From: Bacteroidales bacterium
GTDB taxonomy: Bacteria; Bacteroidota; Bacteroidia; Bacteroidales; VadinHA17
Direction: 5' to 3'
Assembly: GCA_022865305.1 (NCBI GenBank)
Contig: JALHSP010000160.1
Coordinates: forward strand, 6,771 to 70,770
Length of the DNA stretch: 64,000 nucleotides
Under the pieces are notes generated by a model. It had not been told where the DNA came from. It did no database searches and saw only the letters and a list, made by a program, of their open reading frames with translations. Each line of letters opens with the position of its first letter. Position 1 is the first letter of the stretch. Shown piece by piece: positions 57,266-64,000 of this stretch. A program made the position numbers and the translations under genes.

Positions 57266-59686
57266 TTACTTAAATGATTCAGATGAAATAACAATCTTTT
57301 CCCCTGCGGTTACATCCAAAGTTGTTGTTTTATCAAGATATCTTATCTTGACTAAGCCGTCAAAATCGGGATAAATTACAGCTTTTTTCAGTTTACCGTT
57401 CTGCCATTCCTGGTCAACAGTATAACCACCGCGAGCCCTGAGGCCGGTAATTTTGCCGCTTTGCCATGCATCAGGCAGTGCCGGTAATAAATGAATTTCA
57501 TTCAAATGACTTTGCAGCAGCATTTCTGCGATGCCTGCTGTGCCGCCGAAGTTACCATCAATCTGGAAGGGAGGGTGTGCATCAAAAAGATTTGGAAAGG
57601 TTCCTCCACCGCTATACTGTGTTCCGGGTGCAGGGCTAACGTAATTAAGATGCGACTGCAGCATTTTATATGCATGATTGCCGTCAAGCAGTCTTGCCCA
57701 CATATTGATCTTCCATGCCTTACTCCATCCTGTTCCGCCATCTCCCCTGATCTCAAGAGACCTGCGTACCGCATTTGCCAGGTCAGGAGTTGTAAGAGGG
57801 GATATCTGATTATCAGGGTGCAAACCAATGAGGTGAGACATATGTCTGTGTTGCGGATCATAATCTTCCCAGTCGTGGTACCACTCCTGCAGGTTGCCCT
57901 TTTTACCGATCTGGTATGGATACATAAATATTGATGCTTTCTTGACTTCTGCAACAAGCTCAAAGTCTGTTTTTAGTATTTCTGAAACAGCCAGGATTTT
58001 ATTAAAAAGCCCTTTGATAAGAGCAAGATCTGATGTTCCCCCATAAAATGTTGAGCCCACGTAACCATCCTGCAATTTAAACTTATTTTCAGGCGAGGTT
58101 GAAGGAGCAGTAACCAAATAACCTATTGGATCAGATACAAGGTAATCAAGACAAAAACGCGCTGCCCCTTTCATTAAAGGCCATGCATATTCTCTTAACC
58201 ATGCCGTGTCGTATGTAAATGCAAAGTGATCATAAAGATGCAGGCTGTACCATGGTCCGGCCATTGACCAGTTGGCCCAAACCGGATCACCATTTCCGAA
58301 ATTCCCGACAGGATTGGTCATTGCCCAGACATCGCTGTTATGGCTGCAGCACCAGCCGCCGCAATTGTAGAAAGTAAGTGCAGTAATCTCTCCGGTTCTG
58401 GATAGTTTACCGATAAAATCCATTAAAGGTTCATGCATTTCCGACAGGTTTGTGACTTCTGCCGGCCAGTAGTTCATTTCCGCGTTTATGTTTGTAGTAT
58501 AATTGCTGCTCCATGGCGGACGCATATGAGGATTCCAGATTCCCTGCAGATTAGCCGGAATTCCTCCCGGACGCGATGAACTAATAAGCAGGTAACGGCC
58601 AAACTGGAAATACAAAGATTCAAGCGCGGGATCAGGGACTGAATCCTTATAATTTATCAGCCTTTGATAGATCGGAAGATCAGGAGCTGATGCATTATTT
58701 ATGGAAAATGTGACCCTGTTAAATAGAGAGCTGAAATCATTTATATGTCTTGATTTTAAATCATCATAAGAAAGCAAAGCGGCTTTTTCCAGGTAATCTG
58801 CTGCGATCTTTTTTTCATCTTTTCCTTCCAGTCCGGGATCTTTGTCAGATCCATTGAAGCTGGTAGCAATTGACACAATTATTATAGCTTCCGAGGCATT
58901 TTCCACATGCAATCCTGTGCTGTCGGAAAATGTACTGCCATCTGTTTCTAATAGCCTGGCGATCATCCTGAATCTCATTCCCTTACCGGTTGTATCATAG
59001 GTTATCGGATCCGGAACATTCATGTTGTAATTTGGCTCGGCATGTACAGGGGTAAGACCATCCATTATAAAATCAGAATTCTCACTGAAAGTTTTGAATT
59101 TCATCTGGCTGGTTGAAAAAAGAGTAAAATTCAGCGATGACTGAGATTCTCCCTTGAGTGAAATAACTGCGACCCGGTCGGGATATGAAACAAAAAATTC
59201 ACGGTGAAACTGATTTTTTCCGGAAGTGTATTCAACTGTGGCAATACCCGTGCTGAGGTCAAGTGTCCTATTGTAATTCTTAAGGGAATCGGGATGATTA
59301 AAAATAATCCTGAGATTTCCAAGAGGAGCGTACGATTCTGAAAACTTGCCCTGCATTTTTCGGACCAGCTGTTCTGCAAGCCTGTAATTTTCCGAGAAAA
59401 GCGCTTTTCTGACATCTTCAAGATTTCTCCATGCACCAGGATTCATATTCGGATCAACCGGTCCGCCGCACCATAGTGATGACTCATTGAGAATCAGATC
59501 TTCTGACGGCGCACCTCCTTTGACCATCATTCCGATAAAGCCATTCCCCAGAGGAAAAGCTTCCTCAAAGTATGTTGCAGGTTTATCGAACCACATTAAA
59601 TTCCGTGATGGATCTTGCTTATTACAACTGAGGCTAAATACCAGGAACGTGAACAATAAAATGAAAACCAGGCTCGATTTGTTCAT
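57266..59686 (-). CDS. GH95 alpha-L-fucosidase-like glycoside hydrolase (lipoprotein)
   Basis: LMWFDKPA..EEAFPLGNGFIGMMV..LNESSLW N-terminal signature, an (alpha/alpha)6 core and a FSLSC lipobox; 806 aa. Confidence 0.85.
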   Translation of the reverse strand: MNKSSLVFILLFTFLVFSLSCNKQDPSRNLMWFDKPATYFEEAFPLGNGFIGMMVKGGAPSEDLILNESSLWCGGPVDPNMNPGAWRNLEDVRKALFSENYRLAEQLVRKMQGKFSESYAPLGNLRIIFNHPDSLKNYNRTLDLSTGIATVEYTSGKNQFHREFFVSYPDRVAVISLKGESQSSLNFTLFSTSQMKFKTFSENSDFIMDGLTPVHAEPNYNMNVPDPITYDTTGKGMRFRMIARLLETDGSTFSDSTGLHVENASEAIIIVSIATSFNGSDKDPGLEGKDEKKIAADYLEKAALLSYDDLKSRHINDFSSLFNRVTFSINNASAPDLPIYQRLINYKDSVPDPALESLYFQFGRYLLISSSRPGGIPANLQGIWNPHMRPPWSSNYTTNINAEMNYWPAEVTNLSEMHEPLMDFIGKLSRTGEITALTFYNCGGWCCSHNSDVWAMTNPVGNFGNGDPVWANWSMAGPWYSLHLYDHFAFTYDTAWLREYAWPLMKGAARFCLDYLVSDPIGYLVTAPSTSPENKFKLQDGYVGSTFYGGTSDLALIKGLFNKILAVSEILKTDFELVAEVKKASIFMYPYQIGKKGNLQEWYHDWEDYDPQHRHMSHLIGLHPDNQISPLTTPDLANAVRRSLEIRGDGGTGWSKAWKINMWARLLDGNHAYKMLQSHLNYVSPAPGTQYSGGGTFPNLFDAHPPFQIDGNFGGTAGIAEMLLQSHLNEIHLLPALPDAWQSGKITGLRARGGYTVDQEWQNGKLKKAVIYPDFDGLVKIRYLDKTTTLDVTAGEKIVISSESFK

Positions 59687-59758
59687 AGATTTAATTATCA
59701 GATTAAGAGGTGGATTATAAAATATTTTTAGCCGCTAAATACGAAGGAAAAAGAATAA

Positions 59759-60208
59759 TTATTTGGGGAATGTTCCGAAAAACTTCTTGATTCTTCCATG
59801 AAATTTATGAATGCTGTGCGGCTTATAATGCATTAAAATACATTGCCCGGTGATATAATTAATATCTGAACCTTCAAGCTCTTTTATTGCCTCTGGTGTT
59901 CCGGCCATCTGCTGTATCCATATCTGTTTAAACCCTTTTTCCTTAGCATCTCTGATAATACCTGCAGTCTTATCTTTCTTGGTCATTATGATAAGTCCTT
60001 TTACATCAGCCGGTAATGCTTTTATGTCGGGATACACTTTTGTACCCAGTATCTCTGTCGCATTTGGATTTACGGGTATAACGTTCATGCCTTTTTCTTT
60101 CAGCTCTTTAAAAGCCGCAAAGCCAAATTTCTTAGGATTGCGCGAAACGCCAATAATTGCTAAGGGTTCCGATCCAAGGAATTCTTCAATTTGCTTAAGT
60201 CTTACCAT
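59759..60208 (-). CDS. CoA-binding domain protein
   Basis: IAIIGVSRNPKKFG..VIPVNP pattern. Confidence 0.8.
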   Translation of the reverse strand: MVRLKQIEEFLGSEPLAIIGVSRNPKKFGFAAFKELKEKGMNVIPVNPNATEILGTKVYPDIKALPADVKGLIIMTKKDKTAGIIRDAKEKGFKQIWIQQMAGTPEAIKELEGSDINYITGQCILMHYKPHSIHKFHGRIKKFFGTFPK

Positions 60209-60356
60209 TTCTTTTAAATTATGTTTAATTGATATAATGAATCGCGTATTGTTCCTTACTTTACCAATAAGTATAAAGACTTAAAAATACAACAAAAAAA
60301 CTAACTGATATTTATTTTTATTTACTTGGTCATAGGGTTAACTTAAAATTATCATT

Positions 60357-61640
60357 ATGAAAAGTCCTGAAAATCGCCAGGGATTTCTGTTCACAAAAGG
60401 CTATTCCAATTATGTATTCGTCCTGCTGTTCCTGCTTTATATGTTCGATTATATCGACAGATCCATTATTACTTCAATGTTTAGTTCAATTGAGAGAGAC
60501 TGGGGGATCACCCATACCCAGAGCGGAATGCTTATATCTGCTGTTTACTGGGCTATTGTGATTCTGACTTTCCCTGTTTCGCTTCTTGTTGACCGCTGGA
60601 GCAGAACAAAAACTATTGGCATAATGGCAGTTATCTGGAGTCTGGCAACAGCTCTCTGTGCTATTACCGGTAATTGGATTCAGCTATTCATGGCCCGGCT
60701 ACTTATAGGAGCAGGAGAGGCAGGATATGCTCCGGGAGGAAGTGCCATGATTTCAGGTCTTTATCCTCTTGAAAAACGATCTAAAATGATGGGCATCTGG
60801 AATGCTTCTATTCCTCTGGGAACAGCAATCGGGGTACTTCTGGGAGGTATAATAGCAACCAGATTGGGATGGAAGCATGCTTTCGGAATTGTTGCACTTC
60901 CCGGACTGATTGTTGCGGTGCTTTTTCTTTTTGTTAGAGATTATAAAACCGTTGATCTTTCCTTTATAGATAAGGCCAACAATAAAATTAAAATGGAAAG
61001 AAAAGACCTGATTAAAGAATTTATTTCAAAACCGTCTATCATTTTTACCTATTTTGGTATTGCCGCAGTTGTTTTTGTCACCACATCATTCATGACATGG
61101 CTGGCCACATATTTTCAGAATGTAAGAAATCTGCCGCAGGATAAGGCCGGTAAGATGACAAGCGCTGTAATGGTTCTTGCTCTGGTCGGAGCTCCGCTTG
61201 GAGGAATATTGACTGACAGGTGGCGGAAAACACAGATCAACGCAAGACTATTATTACCCTCAATCTCAACTTTGATTTCGGCAGTTTTGCTTTTTGCTGC
61301 ACTGTTTCTGTTTAAGGGATCTGTGCAATATGTGCTTTTTCTGATGATGGGAATTACAATAATGATTTTTATATCAGGAGCGTCCGCAGTTACACAGGAT
61401 GTCATCCATCCTGGTCTGAGAGCAACTTCGTATGCTATTGCAGTGGTTGTTATGAACCTCCTTGGATCATCAACCGCACCGATAGTTCTGGGTAAAATAT
61501 ATGATCTTTCAAATATTCAGACAGCATTTATAATCCTACCCCTTGTGCTAATTATCGGGGCTGTATTATTCTACCTCGGATCACGGCATTATGAAAAAGA
61601 TATGGAGAAGGTTGCAAAAATAAATCTTGAAGCTGCGTAA
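60357..61640 (+). CDS. MFS transporter
   Basis: 12 hydrophobic segments and the D-R-W-S-R-T-K loop motif. Confidence 0.85.
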   Translation: MKSPENRQGFLFTKGYSNYVFVLLFLLYMFDYIDRSIITSMFSSIERDWGITHTQSGMLISAVYWAIVILTFPVSLLVDRWSRTKTIGIMAVIWSLATALCAITGNWIQLFMARLLIGAGEAGYAPGGSAMISGLYPLEKRSKMMGIWNASIPLGTAIGVLLGGIIATRLGWKHAFGIVALPGLIVAVLFLFVRDYKTVDLSFIDKANNKIKMERKDLIKEFISKPSIIFTYFGIAAVVFVTTSFMTWLATYFQNVRNLPQDKAGKMTSAVMVLALVGAPLGGILTDRWRKTQINARLLLPSISTLISAVLLFAALFLFKGSVQYVLFLMMGITIMIFISGASAVTQDVIHPGLRATSYAIAVVVMNLLGSSTAPIVLGKIYDLSNIQTAFIILPLVLIIGAVLFYLGSRHYEKDMEKVAKINLEAA

Positions 61641-61653
61641 CAGGGGAAAAGGA

Positions 61654-62628
61654 TTATTTATCCCTGGCGGTTGTATAATGGACAAATGCCTTTAAGGAAT
61701 CCTTTACCTCGGAATCGGGGTAAGAATCAAGAATAGCCAGGGCTTTATCCCGGTACTGGTTCATCTTTAGTTCGGTATAGTCAATGCCTCTGTTTTCGTA
61801 AACAAAATTAATAACCTCTGTAATCTCCTGCCTGGTTTTTTTCTTCTTACTGACGATTCCCAGGATGTGCTTTTTTATTGAGTTTTGAGATTGTTCAAGG
61901 GCATGTATTAATGGCAGGGTTATCTTTCTTTCTTTTATATCATTTCCATGCGCTTTTCCCGTAAGTCCGTTTCCCTGGTAGTCAAGAAGATCATCACGTA
62001 TCTGGAAAGCAATACCAATGTTTTCGCCGAAATCCTTCATTAACTGAATAACCTCAGGATCATCAGTTACAGATTTTGCACCACAGGCAGTACAGGCGGA
62101 AAGTAATGCTGCTGTTTTGCTTTTGATAATTTTAAGATAATCCTCTTCCTTTATATTAAGCTTTCTTGCTTTCTGTAACTGGAGCAACTCACCCTTGCTC
62201 ATCGATTTTACAGCCTCAGAGATGATCTCCAGCATGTCAAAACGATTTTTTTCTATACTTATCAGGAGTCCCTGGGAAAGCATATAATCCCCGACCAGGA
62301 CAGCAATTTTTGAATTCCAGAGTGCATTAATTGAAAGTGCACCGCGCCTCTCGCTTGCATCATCGACAACATCATCATGAACAAGGGAAGCAGTGTGGAG
62401 CAGCTCAATAAAAGTGGCTGCAACAAAAGTCGGCTCCCCGATTATTCCATTAAGCCTGGCAGAAAGGAATACTAGCAAAGGCCTCATCTGTTTGCCTTTA
62501 CGTCTGAAAATATAGTTTAAGATTATCTTTAGCAAAGGGATCTCACTTTTCATAGTCCTGCCAAAGTAAGCTTCAAACTCAGCCATTTCCTTTTTTACAG
62601 GCTTTTTGATATCGGAGAGATCAAACAT
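61654..62628 (-). CDS. Polyprenyl diphosphate synthase (octaprenyl/solanesyl type)
   Basis: First DDxxD motif (LVHDDVVDD) and second (QIRDDLLD). Confidence 0.9.
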   Translation of the reverse strand: MFDLSDIKKPVKKEMAEFEAYFGRTMKSEIPLLKIILNYIFRRKGKQMRPLLVFLSARLNGIIGEPTFVAATFIELLHTASLVHDDVVDDASERRGALSINALWNSKIAVLVGDYMLSQGLLISIEKNRFDMLEIISEAVKSMSKGELLQLQKARKLNIKEEDYLKIIKSKTAALLSACTACGAKSVTDDPEVIQLMKDFGENIGIAFQIRDDLLDYQGNGLTGKAHGNDIKERKITLPLIHALEQSQNSIKKHILGIVSKKKKTRQEITEVINFVYENRGIDYTELKMNQYRDKALAILDSYPDSEVKDSLKAFVHYTTARDK

Positions 62629-62644
62629 GAAAAATTATTTCATT

Positions 62645-62652
62645 CAAATATA
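62645..62652 (-). promoter_or_regulatory. -7 box (TATATTTG on the minus strand) for the polyprenyl synthase gene
   Basis: CAAATATA on the + strand, 17 nt upstream of start 62628. Confidence 0.35.
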
Positions 62653-62754
62653 ACAAATTCAAATCAACCCGATCAGTTTAATACCAATTTGTTATTTGCT
62701 TCATTAAGAATAACTTCTTGATTAATTTACTTATATCATATTAACATATTTATA

Positions 62755-62762
62755 TATATTTG
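62755..62762 (+). promoter_or_regulatory. -7 box TATATTTG for the ArsR-family gene
   Basis: Exact TAnnTTTG, 19 nt before ATG 62781. Confidence 0.4.
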
Positions 62763-62780
62763 TAGGTAAAATTTATTAAA

Positions 62781-63080
62781 ATGGAATTTAAGGATCTTGA
62801 TCCGGAAAGCCTTGAGAAAGTTGCTAATATGCTTAAAGCAATGGCTCATCCGATAAGGATTTCAATTGTAGGATATCTGGAAGACGGGAAAAAACGCACT
62901 GTCACCGAAATACATAAGCAACTCGGAATTGAGCAATCAACAGCATCGCATCATCTTGTGATACTTAAAGACCGTGGTGTACTTGCTTCAAAACGGGACG
63001 GGAAAAATACATGGTATTTTTTGAAGCATCAGAACCTGAAGACTATTCTTAACAGTGTCGGTGAATGCTGCCGGGAATAA
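62781..63080 (+). CDS. ArsR/SmtB family transcriptional regulator
   Basis: LKAMAHPIRISIV and wHTH TVTEIHKQLGIEQSTASHHL. C-terminal CC pair. Confidence 0.85.
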   Translation: MEFKDLDPESLEKVANMLKAMAHPIRISIVGYLEDGKKRTVTEIHKQLGIEQSTASHHLVILKDRGVLASKRDGKNTWYFLKHQNLKTILNSVGECCRE

Positions 63081-63105
63081 TAATAGTCATGTCCGGATTA
63101 CAGAA

Positions 63106-63714
63106 TCAGTTCAGATTCTTAAACATACTTTTCTGGAATATTATTACTGATATCACTCCGCAGGTTATAGATGAATCAGCAATGTTGAAAACAGGTCTGA
63201 AAAAAATAAATGTCTCCCCGGGTTTTATTGGTGACCAGTCGGGCCAGTGGGTGGTTATAACCGGGAAATAAAGCATATCGACAACTTTTCCAAGCAGAAA
63301 TGAGGAATATCCGCCTCCGGGAGGAAATAATACGGCAGTCTGATTATAACTCTCACTGAAAATAATTCCGTAGAATGCACTGTCAATAATATTGCCGATT
63401 GCACCGGCCAGAATAGCACCGACTGCAAGGATTAATCCGAGATTTGCATTTTTCCTTATTATTGAGAAAAGAAACCAGCCAATGCCGCAAATAGCTACGA
63501 TCCTGAATAAGCTTAAGATGACTTTTCCTGTTTTTCCGCCCATCTCCATTCCGAAAGCCATCCCGTTATTTTCGATAAAATGAAGCATTCCCCGGTTGCC
63601 TAAAAGATGTATTTCATCACCGATCTGCATATGAGTTTTTACCCAGATTTTGAGAATCTGATCGGCAATGAGGATAAGCATTATCAGCAAAATAACCTTT
63701 TTACCTGATGACAT
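63106..63714 (-). CDS. lspA: Lipoprotein signal peptidase (signal peptidase II)
   Basis: NNGMAFG and FNIADS catalytic Asp motifs; four TM segments. Confidence 0.9.
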   Translation of the reverse strand: MSSGKKVILLIMLILIADQILKIWVKTHMQIGDEIHLLGNRGMLHFIENNGMAFGMEMGGKTGKVILSLFRIVAICGIGWFLFSIIRKNANLGLILAVGAILAGAIGNIIDSAFYGIIFSESYNQTAVLFPPGGGYSSFLLGKVVDMLYFPVITTHWPDWSPIKPGETFIFFRPVFNIADSSITCGVISVIIFQKSMFKNLN

Positions 63715-63748
63715 TCCTGCCCTTTTAAAATTAAGGGAGGCAAAATAA

Positions 63749-63756
63749 CAAAAATA
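63749..63756 (-). promoter_or_regulatory. -7 box (TATTTTTG on the minus strand) for lspA
   Basis: CAAAAATA on the + strand, 35 nt upstream of start 63714. Confidence 0.35.
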
Positions 63757-63782
63757 TTTTAATTAAAATACCGGATAATAAT

Positions 63783-64000
63783 CTACTCCGGCTGATCAGT
63801 TCCCTGATCTTTTGTAAAAAGGCGCAGTTTTACCGAAAGCCTCATGGTAATTGCCAGTAAAATGAACAGACCGATATTACCGGCAAGATAGGCATAATCG
63901 TTGAGAGTCAATAAAATAAATATGAAAGAATAAAGAAAAACAAGTAATACCGAAATCAATAGTGCAGGGCGATAATTCCTGATAAGAGTCCGGACGAAAA
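63783..64000 (-). CDS. 3' end of a membrane-protein gene (5' end outside the window)
   Basis: My translation of the open frame is ..FVRTLIRNYRPALLISVLLVFLYSFIFILLTLNDYAYLAGNIGLFILLAITMRLSVKLRLFTKDQGTDQPE, ending at TAG 63783-63785. It has two hydrophobic helices. No family assigned. Confidence 0.35.
   Translation of the reverse strand, partial: FVRTLIRNYRPALLISVLLVFLYSFIFILLTLNDYAYLAGNIGLFILLAITMRLSVKLRLFTKDQGTDQPE

Overview
This is a 64-kb chromosomal segment from a low-GC Bacteroidota (Bacteroidales-like) genome. Supporting signs are many TAnnTTTG -7 promoter boxes just upstream of starts, no obvious Shine-Dalgarno use, and the Bacteroidota-typical dut-TPR-DUF4292-EnvC cluster. All product calls come from motifs I recognise by eye in the supplied translations; no search was run.

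The window has two compositional classes.

(1) About 30-36% GC housekeeping genes, all apparently intact: hcp, ndh, nfo, hemW, rpiB, nadA, ruvB, pheS, dut, ybeY, mnmG, ade, uvrC, pfk, lspA and others.

(2) About 45-58% GC carbohydrate-active enzyme (CAZyme) genes. Apparently intact: PL11 rhamnogalacturonan lyase, GH20 and GH95. Visibly decayed, by lesion type:
- Frameshifted: a GH-like gene.
- In-frame fusion: an open chimeric ORF of a GH26 fragment joined to an N-terminally truncated GH3.
- Internal deletions: a GH31 missing its nucleophile region, and two GH35-like/DUF5597 paralogues with independent overlapping deletions.
- Nonsense plus deletion: a GH26 with a TAA nonsense codon and loss of the nucleophile motif.
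- Relic: a roughly 100-codon GH43 remnant.

I saw no rRNA, tRNA, CRISPR array, transposase, integrase or recognisable defence system, and I cannot point to a defensible new multi-gene system.

The signals most worth follow-up are:
- the CAZyme graveyard and its chimeric ORF;
- a 16-nt palindrome, TGTTCCACGTGGAACA, present in three near-identical copies, two of which bracket the ade start;
- helically phased short tandem repeats flanking nfo;
- a small AT-rich gene islet with a poly-A frameshift and an ATGA-coupled ORF pair;
- a Tat-exported aldo/keto reductase plus secreted SMP-30 lactonase downstream of GH95;
- a PurF-like protein lacking the Cys1 nucleophile.
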